Of a stretch of DNA of 64,000 bases, positions 20,655 to 30,105 are shown one piece after another. The DNA comes from Steroidobacteraceae bacterium (GTDB lineage Bacteria > Pseudomonadota > Gammaproteobacteria > Steroidobacterales > Steroidobacteraceae). The stretch is from contig DATJKD010000073.1 of the NCBI GenBank assembly GCA_035491795.1, positions 22,416 to 86,415 on the forward strand, read 5' to 3'. Numbering within the stretch: position 1 is the first letter of the stretch; each line of letters begins with the position of its first letter. Below the pieces are notes generated by a model. It was given only the letters and a program-made list of their open reading frames with translations. It was not told where the DNA came from and did no database searches. Made by a program: the position numbers and the translations under genes.

Positions 20655-22101
20655 GCGCGAATTCATCCGCGAGCTCCGCCGCCGCCTGAGCGACGACGAG
20701 GTCCTCGCTGGACCGGAAGCCTGCGTCGCCTTCGAATGCGACGCGCTCACTATGCATCGCCGCGTGCCTGACCTGGTGTTGCTGCCGAGAGACAGCGAAG
20801 GTGTGCAGGCCATCATGCAGGCAGCGCATCGCCACGGCGTGCCCGTCGTCGCACGCGGCGCAGGCACCGGGCTCTCGGGCGGCGCGCTGCCAGTGGCAGA
20901 TGCCTGCCTGCTGGTCCTTACCCGGCTCAACCGGATCCTCGAGATCGACCCGCGGCGACGCATCGCGCGCGTCGAGCCCGGCGTACCAAACCTCGCGATT
21001 TCGCGTGCCGCCGCGCCGCACGGCCTCTACTACGCGCCCGACCCTTCGTCGCAGCTCGTCTGCTCGATCGGCGGAAACGTCGCGGAGAATTCCGGTGGCG
21101 TGCATTGCCTCAAGTACGGCATGACTTTCCAGAACCTGCTCGAGGTGCGGTTCGTCACGGCCGAAGGCGAGCTCATGACGGTGGGCAGCGCCACGGGCGA
21201 CGCTCCGGGACTGCCGCTGCTCGCGCTTCTGTGCGGCTCGGAAGGGATGCTCGGCGTCATCGTCGAGGTCACGGTCCGGTTGCTGCCGCGGCCGGAGACC
21301 ACCGAGCTGCTGATGGCGGCATTCGACGACGTCGCGCCCTGCGCCGCAGCGGTCGCTCACATCATTGCAGCCGGCGTGACCCCGTCCGGCCTGGAGATGA
21401 TGGATGGGCCGGCGATCCGCGCCGTGGAGGCGTACGCGAACTGTGGTTACCCGGCCGAGGCTGCGGCGCTGCTCCTCTGCGAGCTCGACGGCCTCACCGC
21501 CGACGTCGCAGCCGATGTGGCCCGGGTGCAGGCGATCCTCGAGCAGGCCTCAGCGACGGAGATCCGGCGCGCCCGCGACGAGGCCGAGCGCGCGCAGTTC
21601 TGGTCGGGCCGCAAGGCGGCCTTCCCCGCCGTCGGACGGCTCGCGCCGGATTACTACTGCATGGACGGCACGATCCCGCGGCGCCACCTGCCCGCCGTGC
21701 TCGAGGGAATCAGCCGCCTGTCGGCCGCGCACGGCCTTCCGGTCGCGAACGTCTTCCATGCCGGTGACGGAAACCTGCACCCGCTGATCATGTTCGATGC
21801 CGGTCGGCCGGGGGACATCGAGCGCGCGGAGCGTGTGGGTGCCGAGATCCTCGAACTCTGCATCGCCGCCGGCGGCACGGTGACTGGCGAACACGGGGTG
21901 GGCGTCGAGAAGCTGGGTCCGATGTGCTCGCAGTTCGGCCGCGAAGAGCTGGCGACGTTTCATGCCGTGAAGCGCGCCTTCGACCCGCGCGGTCTCCTGA
22001 ACCCCGGCAAGGCCGTGCCGACGCTCGCGCGCTGCGCAGACTACGGTGCACTCCGGGTCAAGGGTGGTCGGCTGCCCTTTGCCGATCTGCCGCGCTTCTG
22101 A
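20644..22101 (+). CDS. glcD: Glycolate oxidase FAD-linked subunit
   Basis: It is collinear with E. coli GlcD ([54 protein letters not shown]). The GTG start at 20644 overlaps the rpiA end by 11 nt. Confidence 0.9.
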   Translation: MPLEREFIRELRRRLSDDEVLAGPEACVAFECDALTMHRRVPDLVLLPRDSEGVQAIMQAAHRHGVPVVARGAGTGLSGGALPVADACLLVLTRLNRILEIDPRRRIARVEPGVPNLAISRAAAPHGLYYAPDPSSQLVCSIGGNVAENSGGVHCLKYGMTFQNLLEVRFVTAEGELMTVGSATGDAPGLPLLALLCGSEGMLGVIVEVTVRLLPRPETTELLMAAFDDVAPCAAAVAHIIAAGVTPSGLEMMDGPAIRAVEAYANCGYPAEAAALLLCELDGLTADVAADVARVQAILEQASATEIRRARDEAERAQFWSGRKAAFPAVGRLAPDYYCMDGTIPRRHLPAVLEGISRLSAAHGLPVANVFHAGDGNLHPLIMFDAGRPGDIERAERVGAEILELCIAAGGTVTGEHGVGVEKLGPMCSQFGREELATFHAVKRAFDPRGLLNPGKAVPTLARCADYGALRVKGGRLPFADLPRF

Positions 22102-22105
22102 TCGC

Positions 22106-23173
22106 ATGCATATTTCGGACCGTGATCTCGGATCCGCGATCGCCGACCGATTGCGCGACGCGACCGCGCGGGACACACCGCTGCGCCTTGCGGGCGGAGA
22201 CACGAAGCGCTTCTACGGCCGAGCGGTCCCGGGGGAGACACTCGATCTGCGTGATCATGCGGGCGTCGTGAACTACGACCCCGCGGAGCTCGTACTGACC
22301 GCGCGCTGCGGCACTCGACTTGCCGATATCGAGACACTGCTCGCGGGCCACGGACAACGACTCGGATTCGATCCACCGCGTCACGGCGTCGGGGCCACGA
22401 TCGGCGGCGCAACAGCCGCGGGTCTTGCCGGTCCGTCGCGACAACGTCATGGCGCGGTACGCGACCACCTCCAGGGCGTGCGGATGCTGACCGGCGATGG
22501 CCGAGCGCTGCGATTCGGTGGCGAGGTGCTGAAGAATGTCGCCGGTTACGACGTGTCGCGCCTGATGGCCGGGTCGCTCGGCATCCTCGGCGTGCTGCTC
22601 GAGCTCTCGCTCCGGGTGCTGCCGCAGCCCGCGGCCGAGCTGACGCTCGTCTTCGAGACGGGCGCAGCGTCCGCGCGCGATCGCCTCGGCAGCTGGTCGG
22701 GTACATCCCTGCCGCTGGCCGCGTCGACATGGGTCGCGGGATGCCTGTACGCACGTTTCGAAGGCACCGATGCCACGCTGGCCGCGGTGCGTCGACAGCA
22801 GGGCGGCGAAGTGCTGGCCGACGCCACTTCGTTCTGGAGCAAAGTACGCGACCACACTCACCCGTTCTTCGCGGCGGGCGCTCGGCTCTGGCGCCTGCAC
22901 GTGCCAGCCGACGCGCGCCTGCCGCTACTTGAGGACGCCGCACTTCTCGAATGGCAGGGCGTGCAACGCTGGTATCACGACTGCGAAGGCCGGGATTTCC
23001 GCGCGATTGCGGCGGAGGCCTGCGGCTCGGCGACGCTCTTTCGCGGCGCGATGGGTGAGGAAGAGGTCTTTGCGCCGCTCCCGGCGCCGGTGCTGCGCCT
23101 GCATCGCTCACTCAAGCAGGTCTTCGACCCTGCCGGCATATTGAACCGCGGCCGCATGTACTGCGGTCTCTAG
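22106..23173 (+). CDS. glcE: Glycolate oxidase FAD-binding subunit
   Basis: Reads MHISDRDLGSAIADRLRDA...GGDTKRFYGR...VLKNVAGYDVSRLMAGSLGILGVLLE. Start re-picked at ATG 22106. It lies between glcD and glcF. Confidence 0.88.
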   Translation: MHISDRDLGSAIADRLRDATARDTPLRLAGGDTKRFYGRAVPGETLDLRDHAGVVNYDPAELVLTARCGTRLADIETLLAGHGQRLGFDPPRHGVGATIGGATAAGLAGPSRQRHGAVRDHLQGVRMLTGDGRALRFGGEVLKNVAGYDVSRLMAGSLGILGVLLELSLRVLPQPAAELTLVFETGAASARDRLGSWSGTSLPLAASTWVAGCLYARFEGTDATLAAVRRQQGGEVLADATSFWSKVRDHTHPFFAAGARLWRLHVPADARLPLLEDAALLEWQGVQRWYHDCEGRDFRAIAAEACGSATLFRGAMGEEEVFAPLPAPVLRLHRSLKQVFDPAGILNRGRMYCGL

Positions 23174-23189
23174 AACGCCGAAGGCACGC

Positions 23190-24452
23190 ATGTACACCGA
23201 GCCACGAGGCCCCTACGCAAATACCGGTCCAGGTCGCGAGGCCCGGGAGCTCATCCAGCGCTGTGTGCATTGCGGCTTCTGCCTCGAGGCCTGCCCGACG
23301 TACCGCGTGCTTGGCGACGAGCGCGACGGTCCGCGCGGTCGCATCTACCTGATCAAGCAGATGGTCGAGGGTGGCCCGGCCGACGCAGCGCGTCAGCATC
23401 TCGATCGCTGTCTCACCTGCCGCGCCTGCGAACCGGCCTGTCCGTCCGGTGTGCAGTACGGCCGGCTGCTGGAGATCGGCCGCGAGATCGTCGAGGACGA
23501 CCGGCCCGCGGGCGAGCGGCTGACACGCAGACTGCTGGTGCGAATCCTGACATCGCCGCGGCTGTTCGCCGCGTTACTGCGGATCGGACGTGCGGTCCGT
23601 CCCGTCCTTGCCGGCGCGCTCCGAGCAACGATACCGCCGGCCGCCCCCGCGAAGGCGTGGCCGACGGCGCGGCACCCGCGACGCATGGCCGTGCTCGATG
23701 GCTGCGTACAAGCCGCGATCGCACCCGGAATCAATGCGGCCGCGGCACGTGTACTCGACCGGCTGGGGATCTCTCTCGTCCGTGTGCCTGATGCGGCGTG
23801 CTGCGGCGCGCTCGCGCATCACCTGGGGGACGAGGCACGCGCGCTCGATGCCGCGCAGCGTACGATCAACGCCTGTACCGTGGCGCTCGATGCGGGCTGC
23901 GAGGCCATCGTCAGCACGGCGACCGGGTGCGGCGTGATGGTCAAGGACTATGGGCAACTGCTGCGATCCAGCCCGGCGCTGGCCGCAAGGGCACAGCGCG
24001 TGGCGACGGCGACACGCGATATCTCCGAGGCAGTCGATGCTGCGTCGCTGGCGCATCTGTGTCCCAGTTCGATCGCGCTGCCCCGAATCGCGTTTCAGTC
24101 ACCCTGCACGCTGCAGCACGGTCTGCGGCTCACGGGTCGGGTCGAGAGCCTCCTTGAAGCCGTCGGATACCGTCTTACGCCGGTCGAGGACGCGGGGCAG
24201 TGCTGCGGGTCCGCAGGCGGCCATTCGATCCTCAAGGTCACACTCGCGCGGGAGCTCCGTGCACGCAAGCTCGCAGCATTGATGGCGGGCGAGCCCGCGG
24301 AGATTGCGACTGCGAATGTCGGCTGCCTCGCGCACCTGGGGGCGGCATCACCTGTGCCGGTGCGCCACTGGATCGAGCTCGTCGACGCCGCAGTCGCAAC
24401 CCCCGGCGATCAGCGGAGTGCGAAGTCTCGGCCCCTCGGCCGAACTTCGTAA
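23190..24452 (+). CDS. glcF: Glycolate oxidase iron-sulfur subunit
   Basis: Contains CVHCGFCLEACPTY...GPRGRIYLIKQ...CLTCRACEPACPSGV and C-terminal CCG-type repeats, collinear with E. coli GlcF. Confidence 0.9.
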   Translation: MYTEPRGPYANTGPGREARELIQRCVHCGFCLEACPTYRVLGDERDGPRGRIYLIKQMVEGGPADAARQHLDRCLTCRACEPACPSGVQYGRLLEIGREIVEDDRPAGERLTRRLLVRILTSPRLFAALLRIGRAVRPVLAGALRATIPPAAPAKAWPTARHPRRMAVLDGCVQAAIAPGINAAAARVLDRLGISLVRVPDAACCGALAHHLGDEARALDAAQRTINACTVALDAGCEAIVSTATGCGVMVKDYGQLLRSSPALAARAQRVATATRDISEAVDAASLAHLCPSSIALPRIAFQSPCTLQHGLRLTGRVESLLEAVGYRLTPVEDAGQCCGSAGGHSILKVTLARELRARKLAALMAGEPAEIATANVGCLAHLGAASPVPVRHWIELVDAAVATPGDQRSAKSRPLGRTS

Positions 24453-24860
24453 GCATCAGGCGTCGGTCTCCAGCGCGATGCCCGCGCGGGTTCTCGCGCG
24501 GCGCCTCCTCGGGGGCGTTGGCGACGCGGGCGGCGCGTGACGTGTCGCTCCAGGGCGAGCGAGGAAACGCGCCGGGCGGGTCCGGCCTGGGATCTCCGGC
24601 TCGAACGACAGATCGCTCCGGTCGACCCGACGAGCGCCTTACGCAGCAAGCCCTGGAGTTCCGACCCCGCGACGCGGCTGGTTGTGATGGACCCCGGCGC
24701 GTAGGCGACGTCGCAGGGGGGCATGCTAATGCGAACCATTCCTATTGGCACCGACTGCGGATGCGACCCGGGGCGGTGGGACGGAGATGCATCCGACCCG
24801 ATGCCTTCCGCGCATCAGGTCACGGTTGTGGACAAACGGCCTGTTCCAGGAGGGACACCC

Positions 24861-25733
24861 ATGAAGAAGTCAGCAATGACGCTGCGCCGCGGCGCGGCAT
24901 CGATCGTCGCCGTGTGGCTTGGCGTGCAGTTCGGCAGCGCCGCAGCCGCGGATTCGCCGGATTGCTCGAGCGGCGGTCGCACGGGACTATTCGAGGTCAA
25001 TGTCGCCGCTTTGACGGACGATGGCCGTCTTCTGTGCTTCAAACGCCGGCGGGCGTCGAGCGCACGGGAGATCGGCCATATCTCGGGGCTCAACGGCGTC
25101 GACACACGCCTGGTAGGCATCGACTACCGGGCGAAGGACGGCCTGCTGTACGGCGTTGGCAATGGCGGCGGCGTATACCGGATAGACACCGACACCGCGG
25201 TCGCCGAGTTCGTCAATTCACTCTCGGTGTCGCTGACCGGTGCTACGTTCGGCGTCGATTTCAACCCGGCCGCGGATCGCCTGCGCATCGTCGGCGACGA
25301 CGGGCAGAATCTGCGGCACAACGTCGACGTCGGCGGCACGACCCTGGTGGACACGCCTTTGAACTACACGCCGGGAGTCGCGGCGACCGGAATCACGGCG
25401 GCCGCGTATACCAACAACGACCTCGATTCGAACACGGCGACGAGCCTGTCCGACATCGACACGACGCTCGACCAGGTCGTGCTGCAATCACCGCCCAACT
25501 CCGGGACGCTCGCGGCTACCGGCAAGACGGCTGTGGATGCCACGGGGGATGCGGGCTTCGATATCTACTCCTTCGTGGTAAACGGCCGTACCAGATCCAA
25601 CCTGGGTTTTGCCGTCGCGTCGAGCGGGAACGTCTCGCGGTTCTACAGCGTCAATCTGCTGACCGGCAGACTGACCCTCATGGGACGCTTTGCGACAGAC
25701 GTGATCGACATCGCGGTGCCGCTCGCGCAGTGA
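24861..25733 (+). CDS. Secreted DUF4394-domain protein
   Basis: AGGAGGGA SD precedes ATG 24861. Signal peptide is MKKSAMTLRRGAASIVAVWLGVQFGSAAAA. The body reads GIDYRAKDGLLYGVGNGGGVYRID...FGVDFNPAADRLRIV...LQSPPNSGTL, which is typical of DUF4394. Confidence 0.78.
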   Translation: MKKSAMTLRRGAASIVAVWLGVQFGSAAAADSPDCSSGGRTGLFEVNVAALTDDGRLLCFKRRRASSAREIGHISGLNGVDTRLVGIDYRAKDGLLYGVGNGGGVYRIDTDTAVAEFVNSLSVSLTGATFGVDFNPAADRLRIVGDDGQNLRHNVDVGGTTLVDTPLNYTPGVAATGITAAAYTNNDLDSNTATSLSDIDTTLDQVVLQSPPNSGTLAATGKTAVDATGDAGFDIYSFVVNGRTRSNLGFAVASSGNVSRFYSVNLLTGRLTLMGRFATDVIDIAVPLAQ

Positions 25734-25771
25734 CGCGACCGGTGCCCGATTCGTGTCGGGTCACCAGAAAC

Positions 25772-25806
25772 GAAGAGCCCCGCACGAAGCGGGGCTCTTC
25801 TGTTTT
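25772..25806. terminator. Bidirectional intrinsic terminator (DUF4394 gene on +, tRNA-Gln/rpsI transcript on -)
   Basis: GAAGAGCCCCGC-acgaa-GCGGGGCTCTTC (12-bp perfect stem) is followed by TGTTTT on + and by GTTTCT on -. The + T-tract abuts the tRNA 3' end. Confidence 0.75.
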
Positions 25807-25879
25807 GGCTGGGGGACTAGGATTCGAACCTAGGTAAACGGAGTCAGAGTCCGTTGTCCTACCGCTAGACGATCCCCCA
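25806..25879 (-). tRNA. tRNA-Gln (anticodon CUG), CCA encoded
   Basis: Minus strand reads UGGGGGAUCGUCUAGCGGUAGGACAACGGACUCUGACUCCGUUUACCUAGGUUCGAAUCCUAGUCCCCCAGCCA. It folds as a cloverleaf by hand with acceptor UGGGGGA/UCCCCCA, anticodon loop CU-CUG-AC and a GGUUCGAAUCC T-arm. It resembles E. coli tRNA-Gln. Confidence 0.93.
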
Positions 25880-25905
25880 AAGGCGGGCGATGCGCCGTAG
25901 TGTAA

Positions 25906-26298
25906 TCAGCGCTTGGAGAACTGTGTACCGCGACGTGCCTTGCGGAAGCCGACCTTCTTGCGCTCGACTTCGCGCGCATCGCGGGTGACGAAGCCCGCGG
26001 TGCGCAGCGGCTTGCGGAACGCCTCATCGTACTCGATGAGCGCGCGGGTGAGTCCATGACGGATCGCACCCGCCTGACCGGTGATGCCGCCGCCGTCGAC
26101 GTTTACATCGACATCGAAGCGGTCGACCATCTGCACCGCCTCGAGCGGCTGGCGCACGATCATCCGCGCGGTCTCGCGACCGAAGAACTCCTCGAGCGAG
26201 CGATCGTTGATGCGAATGCTGCCCTTGCCCGGCCGCAGGTGAACGCGGGCGGTGGAGGTCTTGCGGCGGCCAGTGCCGTAATTGGTGTTCGCGGGCAT
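25906..26298 (-). CDS. rpsI: 30S ribosomal protein S9
   Basis: Reads [26 protein letters not shown]...[14 protein letters not shown]...[18 protein letters not shown]. Start re-picked at ATG 26298. Confidence 0.97.
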   Translation of the reverse strand: MPANTNYGTGRRKTSTARVHLRPGKGSIRINDRSLEEFFGRETARMIVRQPLEAVQMVDRFDVDVNVDGGGITGQAGAIRHGLTRALIEYDEAFRKPLRTAGFVTRDAREVERKKVGFRKARRGTQFSKR

Positions 26299-26311
26299 CG
26301 TTGCGTCCTGT

Positions 26312-26740
26312 TTACAGTTCGAGCGGCTTGGGCTGCTGCGCGGCATGCGGGTGTTTGTCGCCCTTGAACACGTGCAGCTTGCGGTACATCTGCCGGCCGA
26401 GCGGATTCTTGGGCAGCATGCCCTTCACCGCGAACTCGATCGCGCGCTCCGGGTGCTCGGACATCAGTTTCTCGAGCGACTTGCTCTTGATGCCGCCGAT
26501 TGCGCCGGTGTGCCAGTAGTAGATCTTGTCGCGCAGCTTGTCGCCCGTTACGCGGATTTTCTCTGCGTTGAGCACGATGATGTGATCGCCGGTGTCCACG
26601 TGCGGCGTGTACTCGGCCTTGTGCTTGCCGCGCAGACGCATGGCGACCTGGGTGGCCAGGCGCCCGAGCGTCTTGCCGCTCGCATCCACCACATACCAGT
26701 CGCGCCGCACGCTCTCGGAACGCGCAAAAACTGTGCTCAT
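26312..26740 (-). CDS. rplM: 50S ribosomal protein L13
   Basis: Reads [52 protein letters not shown]. Start re-picked at ATG 26740. Confidence 0.97.
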   Translation of the reverse strand: MSTVFARSESVRRDWYVVDASGKTLGRLATQVAMRLRGKHKAEYTPHVDTGDHIIVLNAEKIRVTGDKLRDKIYYWHTGAIGGIKSKSLEKLMSEHPERAIEFAVKGMLPKNPLGRQMYRKLHVFKGDKHPHAAQQPKPLEL

Positions 26741-26925
26741 ACGAAGGCTCCAAATCCCGGGCCGGCGCCCCCGCCGGTGTGCCCCGGACGGAACGACGGA
26801 AGACGGCGCTACCGGAGCGCCGTGCAAAGAGCCGCGAATCTTACGTCACGGGGCGGGGCATTGCAAAGCACCTACCACCCCCCGTAAAGCGTCCGCGGAC
26901 CCCGCCCTGCCACCTAATATAAGAT

Positions 26926-27579
26926 GTGTCCATGCTGGGAAAACCCCGTGCACTGAGCCTGGCCGACCGGCTGATCCGGGGGATCGACCAGGGCCTGCGC
27001 ACCGTGGCGGCAGCCAATATCGCCGCCCGGCCCTACCCTGCGGCCGAGGTCCCCGAGTCAGCTGACGACCAGGCCGCCCGGCGCCACGCGGCCGGTCTCA
27101 TGCGGGTCAACCACGCGGGCGAGATTGCCGCGCAGGCGCTCTATCACGGCCAGGCCCTTACGGCCCGGGACCCGCAGGTGCGCAGGGTATTCGAGGACGC
27201 CGCGCGCGAGGAAACCGACCATCTCGCCTGGTGCGAGCAGCGTGTTCGTGAGCTCGACAGCCGCACCAGCCTGCTCGCGCCCGCGTGGTACGCGGGCTCC
27301 TGGCTGATCGGCGCGCTTGCCGGGCTGGCGGGCGACCGCGTGAGCCTCGGTTTCGTGGCCGAGACCGAACGCCAGGTCGTCGAGCACCTGCAGTCACACC
27401 TGCGCGAATTGCCGGCCGGAGATCTGCGCTCCCGCGAAGTCGTCGAACGCATGCGCGATGACGAGGCGCGCCATGGCGCTGCGGCCCGCCAGTCCGGCGC
27501 ACGCGAATTACCCGAGGCGATCCGCCGCCTGATGCGGCACACTGCGCGCGTAATGACACGGACCGCGTATCGAATCTGA
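26926..27579 (+). CDS. coq7: Demethoxyubiquinone hydroxylase (di-iron Coq7 type)
   Basis: Contains MRVNHAGEIAAQALYHGQ, EETDHLAWC, VAETERQVVEHL and DDEARHG di-iron motifs and ends TRTAYRI like Pseudomonas Coq7. Start is GTG 26926 or ATG 26932. Confidence 0.9.
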   Translation: MSMLGKPRALSLADRLIRGIDQGLRTVAAANIAARPYPAAEVPESADDQAARRHAAGLMRVNHAGEIAAQALYHGQALTARDPQVRRVFEDAAREETDHLAWCEQRVRELDSRTSLLAPAWYAGSWLIGALAGLAGDRVSLGFVAETERQVVEHLQSHLRELPAGDLRSREVVERMRDDEARHGAAARQSGARELPEAIRRLMRHTARVMTRTAYRI

Positions 27580-27627
27580 GATCTGCGCCCGGATCTGGGA
27601 TCTGAGTGCTTGCGGCAGGCACGGCAC

Positions 27628-27656
27628 TTGTATTAAATCCGCGAAGCTTTTTACAT
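27628..27656 (+). promoter_or_regulatory. Possible sigma70 promoter of the crp-like gene
   Basis: TTGTAT-17 nt-TTACAT in an AT-rich patch, about 19 nt before ATG 27675. Confidence 0.35.
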
Positions 27657-27674
27657 AAACACGGGACGGGGAGC

Positions 27675-28436
27675 ATGGAGACCGCTGGCAGACCACTGAG
27701 CGACATTCCTGCGATCAATCGGTTCCTGAGCTATTGCCGCATCCGCACGGTTCCATCCAAGACCGTGCTCATCCACGCGGGCGACGTACCGGACGTCCTG
27801 TACTACGTCATCAAGGGCTCGGTGGAGGTCCTGATCGAGGACGAGGAAGGCAACGAAATGGTGCTGGCCTACCTCAACAAGGGCCAGTTCTTCGGTGAGA
27901 TGGGTCTCTTCAACGACCAGCCGCAGCGCAGCGCCTGGGTGCGCACCCGCTCGCAGTGCGAGCTTGCCGAGATGACCTACCCCCGTTTCCGGCAGATCGC
28001 CGCCGAGAGCCCGACCCTGCTGTTCGAGCTCGCGACTCAGCTCGCGAGCCGCCTCGACCGCACCAATCGCAAGCTCGGCGATCTCGCATTCGTCGACGTG
28101 ACCGGCCGCGTGGCACACGCCATCATGGATCTCTGTAACGAGCCAGATGCGATGACCCACCCGGAAGGCACGCAGATCAAGGTCAGCCGCCAGGAACTCT
28201 CGCGGCTGGTCGGTTGCTCGCGCGAGATGGCCGGTCGCGTGCTCAAGGTGCTCGAGGAACAGGGCCTGCTCACCGCCCGCGGGAAGACGATGGTGGTGTA
28301 CGGGGTACGTCCGAAGTTGAAGGGCAAGGCCGCGCAGATGGCAGGTGCCGCCGGTGCGCCGGCGCCGATCTCGCTTCGCGCGCACAAGGCCACGACCGCG
28401 GACGACGAAGAAGACGACGACGAGGACGAGGACTGA
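27675..28436 (+). CDS. crp: CRP/Vfr/Clp-type cyclic-nucleotide-binding transcription factor with a 43-aa C-terminal extension
   Basis: It is collinear with Vfr/CRP (YYVIKGSVEVLIEDEEGNEMVLAYLNKGQFFGEMGLF; DAMTHPEGTQIKVSRQELSRLVGCSREMAGRVLKVLEEQGLL; GKTMVVYG). It then continues VRPKLKGKAAQMAGAAGAPAPISLRAHKATTADDEEDDDEDED. Start re-picked at ATG 27675. Confidence 0.9.
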   Translation: METAGRPLSDIPAINRFLSYCRIRTVPSKTVLIHAGDVPDVLYYVIKGSVEVLIEDEEGNEMVLAYLNKGQFFGEMGLFNDQPQRSAWVRTRSQCELAEMTYPRFRQIAAESPTLLFELATQLASRLDRTNRKLGDLAFVDVTGRVAHAIMDLCNEPDAMTHPEGTQIKVSRQELSRLVGCSREMAGRVLKVLEEQGLLTARGKTMVVYGVRPKLKGKAAQMAGAAGAPAPISLRAHKATTADDEEDDDEDED

Positions 28437-28469
28437 ACCGAGCGCCGGGTAATCAGGCTCAGAGCCCGA

Positions 28470-29162
28470 TTACCGTTTCGTAGCCTGGCTTCGAGCCGAT
28501 TTGCCTATCTGGACGCGCATGGCCTGTATCGTCGCGCGGTAGTCGGCGGTGCCGAAGATCGCGGAACCCGCGACGAAGGTATCGGCTCCCGCTTCGGCGA
28601 TGCTCCCGATGTTGTCGATCTTTACGCCGCCATCGACTTCGAGCCGTATCTCGCGGCCGCTGCGATCGATGAGGTCGCGCACGCGCCGGATCTTCGGCAG
28701 CACGCTCGGGATGAACGACTGTCCGCCAAACCCTGGATTGACCGACATCAGGAGCACCAGGTCGATCTTGTCGAGCACGTGATCCAACCAGGTCAATGGC
28801 GTCGCCGGGTTCAACACCAGCCCCGGCCGGCAACCGCTCTCGCGGATGAGACCGATGGTCCGGTCGACGTGCTCGGTGGCCTCCGGGTGAAAACTGATCC
28901 AGGTGGCCCCCGCTTCGGCGAAGTCCGGCACGATGCGATCGACCGGACGCACCATCAGGTGCACGTCGATCGGTGCCTCGACGCCGGCCTTGCGCAATGC
29001 CGCGCACACCAGCGGGCCGACCGTCAGATTCGGCACGTAGTGATTGTCCATTACGTCGAAGTGGACCAGGTCGGCCCCGGCAGCGAGCACGTCGCTGACT
29101 TCCTCACCCAGCCGGGCGAAGTCGGCTGACAGGATCGATGGCGCAATCCAGGGCTCGAGCAT
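28470..29162 (-). CDS. rpe: Ribulose-phosphate 3-epimerase
   Basis: Reads [22 protein letters not shown]...[14 protein letters not shown]...[13 protein letters not shown]...VDGG. Start re-picked at ATG 29162. Confidence 0.95.
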   Translation of the reverse strand: MLEPWIAPSILSADFARLGEEVSDVLAAGADLVHFDVMDNHYVPNLTVGPLVCAALRKAGVEAPIDVHLMVRPVDRIVPDFAEAGATWISFHPEATEHVDRTIGLIRESGCRPGLVLNPATPLTWLDHVLDKIDLVLLMSVNPGFGGQSFIPSVLPKIRRVRDLIDRSGREIRLEVDGGVKIDNIGSIAEAGADTFVAGSAIFGTADYRATIQAMRVQIGKSARSQATKR

Positions 29163-29204
29163 CGGGGCTCCCGTTTCGGTTGCTCGCACTGTAGCAGGCC
29201 GGCG

Positions 29205-30002
29205 CTACTTCATTCCGCGATGGCGCTTGAGCAGTTCATAGGCCGCGAGCACCTGCTTCGTCCGCTCGTGCGCGGCGGCAACCATCGATTCCGGCAGGCC
29301 GTTCGCCACGAGCTTGTCCGGGTGGTTGCGGCTCACCAGCCGGCGATAGGCGCGGGTCAGCTCCGCATCGCTCGCGGATTGCTCCACCCCGAGCACGCGA
29401 TAGGCGTCGATGATGCGTACCGCTGCGGCGCCGGTCGACTGCGCATCCGCTCCGACGCCCGCGCTTGCCCGCATTCGCAGCATCGCCTCGAGCGAGGCGA
29501 ACTCGAGCGCGGAAATCCCGAGCGCCTGGCACATCTCGTGAAATACCGGCCGCACCGCCGGCGAGAGCCCGTTGCCCTGCAATGCCGCCTCGAGCTGTAT
29601 GTGCAGAAACATCCGCCGGAGGTCGGCGCGGCGCCCGCTGAGCCGGCGCAGTTCCTCGAGCGTCTCGCCGAGTGCGAAGTCGGGGCGTTTACCCTCGGTG
29701 AAGAACGCGATTGCGCGCCGGACATCGGCTTCGCCGAGCGAGAATCGCCGCATCGCCGCGCGCGCCGCCTCGATCTCCTGCTCCGAGACCCGGCCGTCCG
29801 ACTTCGCGATCTGCCCCATCACCTGGAAGGTCGCGCGGAAGAATGCCGCGCTCAGCACCTGCGGATCGGCGCCGCCCAGTTGCCCGGCGGCCGCGCGGCG
29901 ATCGAACTGGTGACCAATCAGGAAGCCGATCAACGCGCCGAGCCAGCCGCGGCCCACGATCGCGCCGAGCAGCGCGCCAAGCACCTTGCCGTACCAACCC
30001 AT
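29205..30002 (-). CDS. djlA: Co-chaperone DjlA (TerB-like domain + C-terminal J domain)
   Basis: N-terminal TM is [30 protein letters not shown]. The C-terminal J domain reads [33 protein letters not shown]. Start re-picked at ATG 30002. Confidence 0.88.
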   Translation of the reverse strand: MGWYGKVLGALLGAIVGRGWLGALIGFLIGHQFDRRAAAGQLGGADPQVLSAAFFRATFQVMGQIAKSDGRVSEQEIEAARAAMRRFSLGEADVRRAIAFFTEGKRPDFALGETLEELRRLSGRRADLRRMFLHIQLEAALQGNGLSPAVRPVFHEMCQALGISALEFASLEAMLRMRASAGVGADAQSTGAAAVRIIDAYRVLGVEQSASDAELTRAYRRLVSRNHPDKLVANGLPESMVAAAHERTKQVLAAYELLKRHRGMK

Positions 30003-30105
30003 GGATTCCTTGACCGTCGCCGGAGGCGCCTGCAACATCGGGCGCTTTCTTAGGCGGCGTATGGTAGCAGCCCTGCGGGGCGCCACGTCGCATCACGGGA
30101 CGCCA

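Noticed and set aside
24410-24751. 113-aa minus-strand ORF in the glcF-DUF4394 spacer as a live gene
   Set aside because: Only about 35 residues look protein-like and the rest is Arg/Pro-rich. It overlaps the glcF 3' end and has no SD. It is kept only as a possible gene remnant (see findings).
24746-24761. Possible sigma-54 promoter (TGGCAC cgact GC) upstream of the DUF4394 gene
   Set aside because: The GC dinucleotide is 2 nt too close to the GG, which breaks the strict GG-N10-GC spacing. I also looked upstream of prkA (58861..59108) and found no correctly spaced TGGCAC-N5-TTGC.
24200-25837. 545-aa + ORF spanning the glcF end, the spacer and the DUF4394 gene
   Set aside because: It is out of frame with both well-supported genes and runs through a terminator and into the tRNA. 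Its composition is Arg/Gly-rich.
24453-25879. tRNA-Gln-associated genomic island or mobile element
   Set aside because: I could see no integrase, no transposase and no direct repeat of the tRNA 3' end. Only one small secreted-protein gene lies between glcF and the tRNA.
28446-28477. Hairpin between crp and rpe as a bidirectional terminator
   Set aside because: It has only a 7-bp stem (GGTAATC/GATTACC) with a poorly paired interior and weak T-tracts, and it overlaps the rpe stop codon. It is plausible but too weak to list as a feature.
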